NCBI GenBank assembly: GCA_044228425.1 | Contig: JBGAUY010000007.1 | Location: 2,126 to 66,125, forward strand | Direction of reading: 5' to 3' | Length of the DNA stretch: 64,000 bases | DNA from: Pyrinomonadaceae bacterium | GTDB taxonomy: Bacteria > Acidobacteriota > Blastocatellia > Pyrinomonadales > Pyrinomonadaceae | In this document: in pieces, positions 11,522-20,993 of the stretch | How the letters are laid out: the number at the start of each line of letters is the position of its first letter | Numbering within the stretch: position 1 is the first letter of the stretch | The notes under the pieces: generated by a model | Told to the model about the DNA's origin: nothing | The model's database searches: none | The model's input: only the letters and a program-made list of their open reading frames with translations | Program-made: the position numbers and the translations under genes

Positions 11522-13032
11522 AACTCATCATCGCCGCTTTATTTTCGCTAACTCTCGCATTTACCGCATTTGCACAGTCTCCGTCAAAAATATTAAAACA
11601 GGCGGAAAAGGCTCTCGGCGGGCAAAAAGCTCTGAAGGCTATGACCTCCGTCTACCGCACCGGCCGTATCACCCGCGTTAGCGACGGAGTTGAGGGCAAG
11701 TATCTTTACCAAACATCGCAGCCTAATTTATTTAATGTCAGCTATGATCTTGGCGGATTTGAGACTGAGACGGGGTACAACGGGCGCTCGGGCTGGTTGC
11801 GGGACTCGCGTAACGGTTTGCAAACTCTGACTGGCACACCGAGTAACGAAATACAGGCAAAGGCCGCATATCGCGACCATTTGTGGCTAAAGGCAAAGGA
11901 AGAAAAATCAAAGATCGTCACCGGCGGGCAGATGATGATCAATGGCAAAACCGCCAACTCTATCGTCATCAACACGCCTAAAGGCATTTCGATCAAGGTA
12001 TATTTCGACGCCGTGAGTGGCCTGCCTGTCCGTGATGAGATACCGAACGGCGGAACGTCCGAGATCACAGAATACAGCGATTATCGTAGTGTTAACGGCG
12101 TGCAGCAAGCATTTGTCCACCGTATCACCGTCGGCAGCGAGACCTACGAGATCAAATTTGACGACGTCAGGACAAATCAGCAGATCGCGAAGGCAGAATT
12201 TGATTTCCCCAATATATCCGGCGAACCGCTGCCCGATATTCCGACGCTACTCAAAGATCTACAAGCCAACGAGGATCGCGTCGAGGCTATGCTTGATAGC
12301 TATTCGTTCACGCAAAAGGTGACGAAACGCCAGCTTGGCAAAGACGGCAATCTGCGTGAGACCGAGTCGGAGACGACGCAGCTTTCGTTTTACAAAGGAT
12401 CGCGCATCGAGCGTGTCATTGAGAAAAATGGGCGACCGCTGAGCGGCAGCGATCAGGAGAAAGCGGACCGAGACGCCGCAAAACAGGTCGAGGAGATCGA
12501 AAAAAAGATCGCCAAAGATGATGCCCGCAAGGTCAAACAAAATGCCGACGGTACGCCTTCGGATGAGAACCGCCGCATATCGATCGCCGAGGTTTTGCGT
12601 GCGTCAAAGCTATTGAATCCACGGCGCGAACGTTTTCGCGGACGTGACTGCGTTGTTTTTGATTTTGAGCCAAACCCCGCGTTTGACATGAAAAACGCTA
12701 AAAGCATGCTTAAATTTTTTGGCAAAACAGCGGGCGTGATGTGGATCGACGAGAAAGACAAACAGGTCGCAAGGCTCGAAGCCGTGCTGTATGAAAATTA
12801 CAACGTCGGTGGAGGCGTGCTGGCAAAATTGAGAAAGGGCGCGACGTTTATGCTTGAAAAAGAGCGTGTCGGCGACGAGATCTGGCTGCCGTCACAGACG
12901 GACATCAATCTGTCGGTCCGCGTCCTGCTGGTCAAAGGCATCGATGTAAATCAGGTGATCAAGAGCTATGACTATCGGAAATTTGAGACCGAGGTCAAAG
13001 ACGCTACTGTCGATGGGAGCAAAAAACCTTAA
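11518..13032 (+). CDS. Secreted hypothetical protein (N-terminal part resembles LolA-like / lipoprotein-sorting fold proteins)
   Basis: A signal peptide is present and the start overlaps the upstream stop (ATGA). The 504 aa ORF has coding-like composition. Confidence 0.75.
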   Translation: MKLIIAALFSLTLAFTAFAQSPSKILKQAEKALGGQKALKAMTSVYRTGRITRVSDGVEGKYLYQTSQPNLFNVSYDLGGFETETGYNGRSGWLRDSRNGLQTLTGTPSNEIQAKAAYRDHLWLKAKEEKSKIVTGGQMMINGKTANSIVINTPKGISIKVYFDAVSGLPVRDEIPNGGTSEITEYSDYRSVNGVQQAFVHRITVGSETYEIKFDDVRTNQQIAKAEFDFPNISGEPLPDIPTLLKDLQANEDRVEAMLDSYSFTQKVTKRQLGKDGNLRETESETTQLSFYKGSRIERVIEKNGRPLSGSDQEKADRDAAKQVEEIEKKIAKDDARKVKQNADGTPSDENRRISIAEVLRASKLLNPRRERFRGRDCVVFDFEPNPAFDMKNAKSMLKFFGKTAGVMWIDEKDKQVARLEAVLYENYNVGGGVLAKLRKGATFMLEKERVGDEIWLPSQTDINLSVRVLLVKGIDVNQVIKSYDYRKFETEVKDATVDGSKKP

Positions 13033-13763
13033 TTTTTGATAACGATATCGACGCTCTTGCCATCGCGGCGAACGCGAACGGTTTTGAGTGGAGTGTTACT
13101 TCTGAGAGTCGATTTATCAGTAACTGTCTGGCCATTGACCGATTCGATCACATCGCCGGTTCGTATCTCGGAACGCTCCGCCAAGCTGTTTGGCGTAGTT
13201 GATTGCACGCGCCAGCCATCGGTTTCAAACGCTCCCTTTGCACCAATTAAGTTAAGTACGTCTTTCGCAGGTATCTGCGGAGTTCGATGAAACCGTCGGC
13301 CCTCGCGGCTCGCAAGATCTATCGAACCGCCGCCCGTATTTTTATCTTTTGCAGTAGGCTTTTTGACGGCAACAACTTTGCTATCTGAAACAACCTCGGG
13401 CTTTTTGGCGACCTGCGGTCCTTCGGTTGTTGTTACAGCAGGAGCGGAAACAATTTCGCTCGATGGAGCCGGTATCGGAGCGGCAGCATTAGTTTTCTCA
13501 TTAAATGCGACAACAGGGACATTCGCATCGCCCACCGAATAGAACGAATTCAAAGCAAAATAACCGCCGACCGCGAGCACGAGTGCAAGCGGTGCTCCGT
13601 AGGCAAGCCACACCGGAATGCGAAAGCCGCCTCGTTCTGCCGGACGGCCCGCGGCGATGCGGGCTCGGACACCAAAATTGAAATCTGACGGTGCCTCGAC
13701 ATGTTTTAGCTCGCCTAAAAGCTGGCTGACCGGTTCTTTATTTTGTAGATCTTCGTTACTCAT
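13029..13763 (-). CDS. Putative anti-sigma factor: single-pass membrane protein with a C-terminal PDZ-like domain
   Basis: The gene lies 6 nt downstream of the ECF sigma gene. It has one TM helix (VWLAYGAPLALVLAVGGYFAL), a Pro/Ala-rich linker and GDVIESVNGQTV...VRVRRDGKSVDIVI. Confidence 0.6.
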   Translation of the reverse strand: MSNEDLQNKEPVSQLLGELKHVEAPSDFNFGVRARIAAGRPAERGGFRIPVWLAYGAPLALVLAVGGYFALNSFYSVGDANVPVVAFNEKTNAAAPIPAPSSEIVSAPAVTTTEGPQVAKKPEVVSDSKVVAVKKPTAKDKNTGGGSIDLASREGRRFHRTPQIPAKDVLNLIGAKGAFETDGWRVQSTTPNSLAERSEIRTGDVIESVNGQTVTDKSTLRSNTPLKTVRVRRDGKSVDIVIKN

Positions 13764-13769
13764 CGCTGT

Positions 13770-14402
13770 TTATAAATAATGCTGTAATTTCTCTTTGAGC
13801 AGACCTCGTCCGCGATTTATCCGCGATTTTGTCGTGCCCAGCCCGAGTTGCATGATCTCGGCTATCTCGTCGTAACTGCGTCCCTCGATGTCACGTAAGA
13901 TGACAGGAACGCGGTATTTCTCCGGCAAAGCGGCGATCGCTCGGGCGATGACCTGACTGCGTTCGTCCTCGACGAGTTCGGCATCCTGCAGCTTGCGAGT
14001 GTCGGGCGGTTGAAACTCGACCTGTATATCGTCGTCGGATTGAAACAGCCCCGTCAGCGACATCAGACGCCGCCGTTTCCGCCGCCGTATCTCACTGATA
14101 GCAAGATTTGTCGCTATCCGGTAGATATACGTCGAAAACGCAAACTGCGTGTGGTACCGGTCGATCGCAAAATAAACACGCACAAACGTCTCTTGTGCCA
14201 GATCCACCGCCTCTTCGTAATCGTTCAAAAATCTATAGAGATAATTTGTTATCGGGCTGCGATAACGATCCATTATCTCGCCAAAAGCAGCCTCGTCGCC
14301 GCTCTTGGTCGCCTCAATGAGTGCATGGTCGCTACGCTTTTCTTCAGGCATAGAGGTGCGTGATACCTCCGTGCCCGAAAGAGTGTCGATGTCGTGAGCC
14401 AT
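13770..14402 (-). CDS. RNA polymerase ECF-type sigma-70 factor
   Basis: Region 2 (ITNYLYRFLNDYEEAVDLAQETFVRVY) and region 4 (ILRDIEGRSYDEIAEIMQLGLGTTKSRINRGR) are both recognisable. Confidence 0.9.
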   Translation of the reverse strand: MAHDIDTLSGTEVSRTSMPEEKRSDHALIEATKSGDEAAFGEIMDRYRSPITNYLYRFLNDYEEAVDLAQETFVRVYFAIDRYHTQFAFSTYIYRIATNLAISEIRRRKRRRLMSLTGLFQSDDDIQVEFQPPDTRKLQDAELVEDERSQVIARAIAALPEKYRVPVILRDIEGRSYDEIAEIMQLGLGTTKSRINRGRGLLKEKLQHYL

Positions 14403-14465
14403 ACATTCATACTATTTTCAACGTAAGCGGTCGATAAAGCCAACGCCGCTGTCGTCATTTTCAAT

Positions 14466-14490
14466 CACGCTTGATCAGGTGAAATGTTTC
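14466..14490 (-). promoter_or_regulatory. Candidate ECF-type promoter (GAAAC-N16-CGTG) upstream of the sigma gene
   Basis: On the minus strand, cGAAAC, then 16 nt, then CGTGA lies about 65 nt upstream of the sigma ATG. This is motif-level evidence only. Confidence 0.25.
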
Positions 14491-14500
14491 GAAAATTAAG

Positions 14501-15115
14501 CTAGTCCGCCGAACGCACGGTCATCACGAGAAAGATCGTGCCGCTCGTACCCGGCAGATTGAGCGTGCCAATGAGCGTTGGCGTATTTTGCGAAAGGCCG
14601 ACCTTGCTGATATTGAGGCCGATCTGCTCGTAATTATAAACTGGCTGCGGTTTGCCGCCCTCGTCCTTGCGCTCGGCGATCAGGACCGGGACGCGTGCAC
14701 CGAAACGGAACGACTGTGTTTGAAAGCCGGTTTGCCCCGCTGCGTTTGGCATCGAACGAAAGTTGATCGCGGACCATTCGATAAACGACTGGGTCGCGCC
14801 GCTCGATTCCTGACCAAAGATATTCGACGTGCTTTTGTATTCGAAATTGCCGGTATTGGAGATGCGTCCGAGAAACGTGCTCGCAAGGCGGTAGTTGGTA
14901 AACGCAAAGTTCGATTTGAGCTGACGTGAGACATTATTTAGCTCCGCAGGCAGATCGCCGCGAGTCTGTGCGTCGTTAGAACCGATGATAAGTTGTAGTG
15001 AAACGTTATAGCTCAGCTCGACCTGCGTCGTTGTCTGAGCGAGGAAAGATGCCGACAGTAACAGCATCATGCTGATGGCGATTATGGACGTGCGTCCGTT
15101 TAGAGGTTGATTCAT
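14501..15115 (-). CDS. Secreted hypothetical protein
   Basis: The start is taken at MNQPLNGRTSIIAISMMLLLSASFLAQ, which forms a signal peptide. Confidence 0.65.
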   Translation of the reverse strand: MNQPLNGRTSIIAISMMLLLSASFLAQTTTQVELSYNVSLQLIIGSNDAQTRGDLPAELNNVSRQLKSNFAFTNYRLASTFLGRISNTGNFEYKSTSNIFGQESSGATQSFIEWSAINFRSMPNAAGQTGFQTQSFRFGARVPVLIAERKDEGGKPQPVYNYEQIGLNISKVGLSQNTPTLIGTLNLPGTSGTIFLVMTVRSAD

Positions 15116-15190
15116 GTGGTCTCCTATGCAAAATATTTGCGATCGCAAACCGTTGCACAAACCAACCTAAGTAAAGTTGCAAAAAAATTA

Positions 15191-16009
15191 TCAGTTAGAG
15201 GAAAAGAGGCCATCGTCGACCTTTTGGCCGTAGGTGACAGTACCGACCTCGGTTTCTTCGGCGATCTTGTCTTTTGCCCACAAAACGGTCCTGTACGGGA
15301 CGAGCGTCCCTTGGGCGTAGTTGTAATCGTAGAATTTGCGGCGGTATTTTACGCCGGCCTCTTCGTAGGTGAGCATCATTACGCGGAAAGATTTTACGGA
15401 GATGTAAAAGCGGGTCTTACGTTCGGCCTTGTCGGTGACCTCGACGACATAATACTCGACGCCCATTATCTTTTCGCGTTCGGCAACCTCGATCTTAGAC
15501 TCGCCCTCTTTGTACCGTAGCAAAGCTTCGAGCCCGTGGAACATATTAGATTCAAAGGCTTTGGTGGTATCTTCGCGGGGAACGAAAACCGTGTTGTTTA
15601 CGATTCCAAACACCTTTTCTCCGTCATAAACGAGCGAGTATTTAGCGTTTGGATACGTTTGATCAAGCCTGATCTTTTCTTTCTCAAGTTTGTCACCACG
15701 CAGCACATACCTCTGATAGGTTACCTCGTCGACCTTTCCGTCAGCGGCGGTGTAGATGGTGCGTCCGCGTTCGATCGTCGTTTTTCTGATCTGATTTAAG
15801 GTTCCTCGACCGCCGCCGAGCCCATAGACAAATAGCGCCGTTTCAACGATCGCTTCGGCGGTGACCGGCTTTGCCGAAGCATTTTTATCCGGTGTCGGCG
15901 CAGGTTTGGCGGTATCTTTTTGAGGTGTAGGCTCTTGTGCGAACGCCGAGAGCACACCGCATAAAAGCAGAAAAACTGTAATTACCGATCTGTTAAAACG
16001 CAAAAACAC
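15191..16009 (-). CDS. Secreted hypothetical protein (LolA-like fold suspected)
   Basis: The signal peptide ..RFNRSVITVFLLLCGVLSAFAQ follows a GTG at 16009. Alternative starts are TTG at 16003 and ATG at 16060. Confidence 0.6.
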   Translation of the reverse strand: MFLRFNRSVITVFLLLCGVLSAFAQEPTPQKDTAKPAPTPDKNASAKPVTAEAIVETALFVYGLGGGRGTLNQIRKTTIERGRTIYTAADGKVDEVTYQRYVLRGDKLEKEKIRLDQTYPNAKYSLVYDGEKVFGIVNNTVFVPREDTTKAFESNMFHGLEALLRYKEGESKIEVAEREKIMGVEYYVVEVTDKAERKTRFYISVKSFRVMMLTYEEAGVKYRRKFYDYNYAQGTLVPYRTVLWAKDKIAEETEVGTVTYGQKVDDGLFSSN

Positions 16010-16144
16010 TAGAAGATTCTCCGGGTATATCTGTCTGTTAACAATAGCGGATTGTAGCATACTCAATCTATTTCGGCACAAAGCCAAAGGCCGCGACTCT
16101 TTCAATTGATGTTTTCGGACGGTCAAAAGATGCAAGAAGACAAT

Positions 16145-16212
16145 GGAAAGTAAAAAATGAAAAATGGAAAATCAGTCTCCATTTTCCATTTTCGACTTTT
16201 CATTTTACATTT
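16145..16212. repeat. Heptamer-built inverted repeat (GGAAAAT-type words x4, loop, ATTTTCC-type words x5)
   Basis: The sequence is GGAAAGT AAAAAAT GAAAAAT GGAAAAT cagtc TCCATTT TCCATTT TCGACTT TTCATTT TACATTT. It ends 5 nt before the trmL ATG. Confidence 0.85.
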
Positions 16213-16217
16213 GAGTC

Positions 16218-16667
16218 ATGCTCCACGTCGCCCTAGTCGAACCTGAGATCCCGCCAAACACCGGTAACATCGCCCGCGTTTGCGCGGCAACATATACATC
16301 CCTGCACATCGTCGGCGTGACCGGATTTCGAATGGACGACCGTACGCTGAAACGTGCTGGGCTCGACTATTGGGACAATGTCGAACTGCATCGTCACATC
16401 GATCTGACGGAACTCTACGCGGCGTTGCCACATTCGCGTTTTTTGTTTCTCACGACAAAAACTAAGAAAAGATATACTGACTTTACCTTTCAGAATAACG
16501 ACTGTTTGGTCTTTGGCCCTGAGACCCGAGGACTGCCTGAACAGGTGCTATCAGACAATTCCGACCGCTGTTTGACGATACCGATGCCAAATGAAAATGT
16601 CCGCAGCCTAAACCTCGCGACGAGTGTCGGCATCGTTCTGTACGAAGCTATACGGCAAACGAGCTAA
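16218..16667 (+). CDS. trmL: tRNA (cytidine/uridine-2'-O)-methyltransferase TrmL (SpoU family)
   Basis: MLHVALVEPEIPPNTGNIARVCAAT and LVFGPETRGLP..SLNLATSVGIVLYEA are present. Confidence 0.9.
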   Translation: MLHVALVEPEIPPNTGNIARVCAATYTSLHIVGVTGFRMDDRTLKRAGLDYWDNVELHRHIDLTELYAALPHSRFLFLTTKTKKRYTDFTFQNNDCLVFGPETRGLPEQVLSDNSDRCLTIPMPNENVRSLNLATSVGIVLYEAIRQTS

Positions 16668-16751
16668 TTTTAGAATCACAGACACCTTTTTTCACCACCA
16701 TCTCATCATATAAAGCAAATGTATCCGGATAGCGGGTACAGGAGGTTTTAT

Positions 16752-17303
16752 ATGAAAAAGATTACATCGATTTTTGCATTAATTTTTACATTTGCCGCAT
16801 TGTCCGTGGTTAGCGTCACCGCTCGGAGTTTTGCTCCGAGGGCGTCGGTAACGCCTCTGACGTTGGAACAGAAAGCTAACAAAGAGTTGCGCAAACTACC
16901 GCGTTACAGTGTTTTTGACTACATAGAGGTCGAGGTCAACGGCAGCACTGTTACGTTGACGGGCAAGGTTTATTCGCTCGGCACTAAGAATCAGGCCGCA
17001 CGTTTTGTCGAGGATATCGACGGCGTTAGCGAAGTCATTAACAATATCGATGAATTGCCGCCGTCATCGTTTGACGACCGCATTCGACGCGAAGCATACC
17101 GTACATTTACGGGTCGTGGCCCTGGGCAGTATTTCTCTGAGATCAACCCTGATGTCCGCATCATCGTTGAAGGCGGGCGGATAACGCTTGAAGGATTTGT
17201 TGCGAGAAAATCGGACAGCGATTTGCTCAATATCCTTGCGAACAGCGTCAATGGCGTGTTTAACGTAACCAACAATCTGGTCGTAGGCAAACGCGATTAT
17301 TGA
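16752..17303 (+). CDS. BON domain-containing secreted protein (two BON repeats)
   Basis: A strong SD (GGAGG) sits 7 nt upstream of the ATG at 16752, and a signal peptide follows. VTLTGKVYSLGTKNQAARFVEDIDGVSEVINNI and ITLEGFVARKSDSDLLNILANSVNGVFNVTNNL are the two repeats. Confidence 0.85.
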   Translation: MKKITSIFALIFTFAALSVVSVTARSFAPRASVTPLTLEQKANKELRKLPRYSVFDYIEVEVNGSTVTLTGKVYSLGTKNQAARFVEDIDGVSEVINNIDELPPSSFDDRIRREAYRTFTGRGPGQYFSEINPDVRIIVEGGRITLEGFVARKSDSDLLNILANSVNGVFNVTNNLVVGKRDY

Positions 17304-17328
17304 TCGTCAGCCGATATTACTTTACACG

Positions 17329-17356
17329 GGCCGGGCAGCGATGTCCGGCCTTTTTA
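17329..17356 (+). terminator. Intrinsic terminator after the BON gene
   Basis: GGCCGG-gcagcgatgt-CCGGCC is followed by TTTTTATT. Confidence 0.7.
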
Positions 17357-17426
17357 TTGTGCAAATTGCCTTTCGCCGCCCAATGAGTCATTATACTCGT
17401 TTGCCTTAGGGCGGGAATTTACAACT

Positions 17427-19238
17427 ATGATCACTGCAGAAAAGATACGAAACATCGCCATTATCGCCCACGTTGACCACGGTAAGACTACGCTCGTCGA
17501 TGCAATGCTTGCCCAATCAGGCACTCACCGCGACAACGAAACGGTCGTTGACCGCGTGATGGATTCGATGGATCTCGAACGCGAACGCGGCATCACGATC
17601 ATGGCGAAAAATACGTCCGTTCGTTATGGCGACTATAAGATCAACATCCTTGACACCCCGGGCCACGCCGATTTTGGAGGCGAGGTCGAGCGCGTGTTGA
17701 AGATGGTCGACGGTATCGTCCTGCTCGTTGACGCCGCTGAGGGCTGTTTGCCGCAGACTCGATTTGTGCTGCGAAAGGCCTTGGAGCTAAAACTCCCCTG
17801 CATCGCTTTGGTCAACAAGATCGACCGTCAGGATTCGCGTCCCGAAGAAGTGCTTGATGAGATCTATGACCTTTTCATCGATCTTGGAGCAAATGATCAG
17901 CAGATCGAATTCCCTGTTCTCTATTCGATATCGCGCGATGGCATCGCGAAAAAGGAGCTTGCCGACGAAAGCAAAAACCTTATCCCGCTCTTTGATCAGA
18001 TCATCGAAACTATCCCGGCTCCGCATGCTCTGCGTGACGACACGCTCCAATTGCTTGTCGCAAATATCGACTACAACCCGTTTGTCGGACGCCTCGCGAT
18101 AGGCCGAATCTTTTCGGGTGCGATAGCAAAAAATGAGGAGGTCGCGGTCGCAAAACGTGACGGTTCGGTCGTAAAGACACGTGTAAAAGAGCTATTCGTT
18201 TTCGAAGGCCTCGAACGTACGACCGTCACCGAAGCGGGAACAGGCGAGATCGTCGCCCTTGCGGGTTTTGACGATATCGAGATCGGCGAGACCATTACAT
18301 CGGTCGATAATCCAAAGGCTTTGCCCGTTATCAACGTGGACGAGCCGACGATCGCGATGATCTTTGGTGTCAACACATCGCCGTTCTCAGGTATCGACGG
18401 CAAGTTTGTAACTTCGCGTCAGATCAAGGAACGCCTCGACCGCGAGCTGCTCGGCAACGTCGCACTGCGTGTCGAACAAACCGAAGCCGCTGAGCAATTC
18501 AAAGTCTCAGGCCGCGGCGAACTCCAACTCGCGATCCTTATCGAAATGATGCGTCGCGAAGGCTATGAGCTGCAGGTTTCGAAACCGGAGGTCATCACCA
18601 AAAAAGACGAGAAAACAGGCGAAACGATGGAACCGATCGAACTGGTCGTCATCGACGTGCCTGACGAATTTATCGGCGTTGTCACCGAAGCAATGGGCCG
18701 CCGCAAGGGCCAAATGACCAAGATGGTCAACAACGGCTCGGGCCGTGTGCGTTTGGAATTCGAAGTTCCTTCGCGTGGATTGATCGGTTTTCGCGGTGAG
18801 TTTTTGACCGAAACCAAGGGAACGGGATTGCTCAACACGTTATTCCTGCGTTTCGACAAACATCAGGGCGAGATGAAATCGCGTCAGACCGGCTCGCTCG
18901 TCTCCGACCGCATGGGCGAAACTAACACGTACGCTCTCTATAACTTACAAGAACGCGGCGTGCTGTTCGTCAAGCCGCAGGTCAAGGTTTACGAAGGTAT
19001 GATCGTCGGCGAAAACGCCCGTGCGGTCGATCTCGACGTAAACCCGATCAAAGAGAAAAAGCTCTCGAACATGCGTACGACGAGCGCCGACGAAGCGATG
19101 CGCCTCGTCCCGCAGCGTGAAATGTCGTTGGAACGTGCTCTCGAATTCATCGCCGACGACGAGCTGATCGAAGTCACGCCAAAAGCGATCCGTCTCAGAA
19201 AGCGGGTGCTGAAAGCGAACGAACGGCCGAAGAAATAA
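17427..19238 (+). CDS. typA: Translational GTPase TypA/BipA
   Basis: [31 protein letters not shown] and NKIDR are present, and the 603 aa length fits BipA. Confidence 0.97.
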   Translation: MITAEKIRNIAIIAHVDHGKTTLVDAMLAQSGTHRDNETVVDRVMDSMDLERERGITIMAKNTSVRYGDYKINILDTPGHADFGGEVERVLKMVDGIVLLVDAAEGCLPQTRFVLRKALELKLPCIALVNKIDRQDSRPEEVLDEIYDLFIDLGANDQQIEFPVLYSISRDGIAKKELADESKNLIPLFDQIIETIPAPHALRDDTLQLLVANIDYNPFVGRLAIGRIFSGAIAKNEEVAVAKRDGSVVKTRVKELFVFEGLERTTVTEAGTGEIVALAGFDDIEIGETITSVDNPKALPVINVDEPTIAMIFGVNTSPFSGIDGKFVTSRQIKERLDRELLGNVALRVEQTEAAEQFKVSGRGELQLAILIEMMRREGYELQVSKPEVITKKDEKTGETMEPIELVVIDVPDEFIGVVTEAMGRRKGQMTKMVNNGSGRVRLEFEVPSRGLIGFRGEFLTETKGTGLLNTLFLRFDKHQGEMKSRQTGSLVSDRMGETNTYALYNLQERGVLFVKPQVKVYEGMIVGENARAVDLDVNPIKEKKLSNMRTTSADEAMRLVPQREMSLERALEFIADDELIEVTPKAIRLRKRVLKANERPKK

Positions 19239-19242
19239 TTGT

Positions 19243-19270
19243 CGCGAGTTTCTCCCAACTCGCGTTTCTG
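19243..19270 (+). terminator. Possible intrinsic terminator after typA
   Basis: CGCGAGTT-tctccc-AACTCGCG is followed by a weak T-tract (TTTCTG). Confidence 0.4.
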
Positions 19271-19313
19271 CCCAAAACCATTTACGCTTTAACTTCGTAT
19301 CCAGACTAAACCG

Positions 19314-20783
19314 ATGGCCGAAGAATTAGCCGAGACATTTCCCGAGCCCGTTCCCGTCACGGACGAGAGCGAGTCCCCTGCCAAACCGCCAAAGAAACAG
19401 TTTGACCGCTCGATAGTCGAGGGGCCGCTATCGCGGGCCGTCTGGAAGATCGCGTGGCCCGCCGTATTGACCAATTTGGTCAGTGGGCTCCAGGGTTGGG
19501 TCGATCAAATACTTGTTGGCAATCTGATCGGGCCACAAGCAAATGCGGCGATCGGAGCGTCATTTGTCATTTTCCTTCTTGTCATTACATTTGTAGGTTC
19601 GATCTTTATTGGAATGAGCGTCCTCATTTCCCGATTTGCCGGAGCAAACGACCATGAGAAGGTGAACCGAACCGTCTATCAGGGATTTTTGACTGCGGCA
19701 TTTATGGCCCTCGGCATCCTTGCTCCCATCGGTTATTTCGCGGCACCCTATCTCCTTGAGTTTGTGAACGCTAAACCTGATGTCGCTACTGAGGCACTGC
19801 CGTTTTTGCGGATCATGTTTACGTGCAGCTTTGGTATGTTGATCTATTTCATGCTGAGCGGGGCACTGCGGGCGGCCGGCGACGCCAAAACTCCGATGAT
19901 ACTCGGTGTGGCGATGAATGTCCTGAATCTGCTTTTAAACCTCGTGCTCATCCCCGGGCTTGGCCCGATCCCTAGCTTGGGCACTACGGGAGCTGCGATC
20001 GGCACATGTATCGCGTCAGGCTCAGTGGGCCTGTATTCGCTTTATAAGCTATACAGCGGCACCTGGGTAATCGCGTTCCCAAAATACGGCTACGCACCTG
20101 ACTGGAAAGTGATCCGAAAGCTATTTCAGTTTGGCCTGCCAGCGGGAATACAAGGGATCGCTATGAACGCGGGCGGTGTACTGATGTACTCATTCATGGG
20201 TGGCCTAGCACAGGGCAAGGCAACGCAGGCGGTTTATGCTGTGTGTTACAGCCAGTTGTTTTTGCTGGTGACTTGGTCGTCAAACGCTCTGATGGGAGCA
20301 TCTTCAGCCGTTGCTGGACAAAACATGGGTGCAGGAAAACCGGAACGTGCTGTAGCAGGTGTGCGTACCGCCGCAGGTTTCGGGCTCGCGGGAGCTATCA
20401 TTGTCGGGCTTTTCTTTTTCTTTATCCCACAGCAGCTTTTGGCGATATTCGGAATGACCGACCCTGAGGTTGTCGCGATCGGCACGCAATTGCTGCGCGT
20501 GCTCAGCGTTTCGGGTCTTTTTATTGCGATGGCGTTGGCCTACACTGGTGGGTTGCAAGGAACGGGGGACACAAAAAGCCCGCTGTTTATTTCGATAATC
20601 TCTCAGGTTTTGTTGCCGGTCGGCATATGTTTTTTTATCAAGCAGACTGGCACGCTGGAGCCGATACACATCTGGATCGCCGTACTCGTCGGACATTTCA
20701 CCCGTTTTCTGCTTAGCTTTCTGCGGTTCAACCAGCAACGTTGGCGGCGTATCAACGTCGATATCGAAACGACGGCGGCTTAG
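19314..20783 (+). CDS. MATE family efflux transporter
   Basis: The 489 aa ORF has about 12 hydrophobic helices and an N-terminal WKIAWPAVLTNLVSGLQGWVDQILVG motif typical of MATE/NorM proteins. Confidence 0.9.
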   Translation: MAEELAETFPEPVPVTDESESPAKPPKKQFDRSIVEGPLSRAVWKIAWPAVLTNLVSGLQGWVDQILVGNLIGPQANAAIGASFVIFLLVITFVGSIFIGMSVLISRFAGANDHEKVNRTVYQGFLTAAFMALGILAPIGYFAAPYLLEFVNAKPDVATEALPFLRIMFTCSFGMLIYFMLSGALRAAGDAKTPMILGVAMNVLNLLLNLVLIPGLGPIPSLGTTGAAIGTCIASGSVGLYSLYKLYSGTWVIAFPKYGYAPDWKVIRKLFQFGLPAGIQGIAMNAGGVLMYSFMGGLAQGKATQAVYAVCYSQLFLLVTWSSNALMGASSAVAGQNMGAGKPERAVAGVRTAAGFGLAGAIIVGLFFFFIPQQLLAIFGMTDPEVVAIGTQLLRVLSVSGLFIAMALAYTGGLQGTGDTKSPLFISIISQVLLPVGICFFIKQTGTLEPIHIWIAVLVGHFTRFLLSFLRFNQQRWRRINVDIETTAA

Positions 20784-20950
20784 CCCTCCGATTTTTCATC
20801 GATCTCGTCATCGTTCTCAGGCTCGTAAGTCTCATAGCCATGAGCGTCGTCGTAGTAATAGCCGCGTTTTTGCTGGTCTTCGCTCCAGCTTGAACGATCT
20901 TTGTCGTAAGGCTCGATCGGCTTATCTTTTTGCTTCGGCGTTTCGGGCAT
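20780..20950 (-). CDS. Small acidic hypothetical protein (56 aa, below the ORF-track cutoff)
   Basis: My own translation is MPETPKQKDKPIEPYDKDRSSWSEDQQKRGYYYDDAHGYETYEPENDDEIDEKSEG. Its composition is more protein-like than the 71 aa ORF in the other frame, but there is no other support. Confidence 0.35.
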   Translation of the reverse strand: MPETPKQKDKPIEPYDKDRSSWSEDQQKRGYYYDDAHGYETYEPENDDEIDEKSEG

Positions 20951-20993
20951 AAATCATCTATAATCATCTCAAATAACTTCGGGAATTTTTAAT

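Noticed and set aside
20752-20967. The 71 aa minus-strand ORF in the ORF track
   Set aside because: It has Arg/Ser/Thr-rich low-complexity composition and overlaps the MATE gene 3' end. The 56 aa ORF in the other frame is the more plausible reading of this gap.
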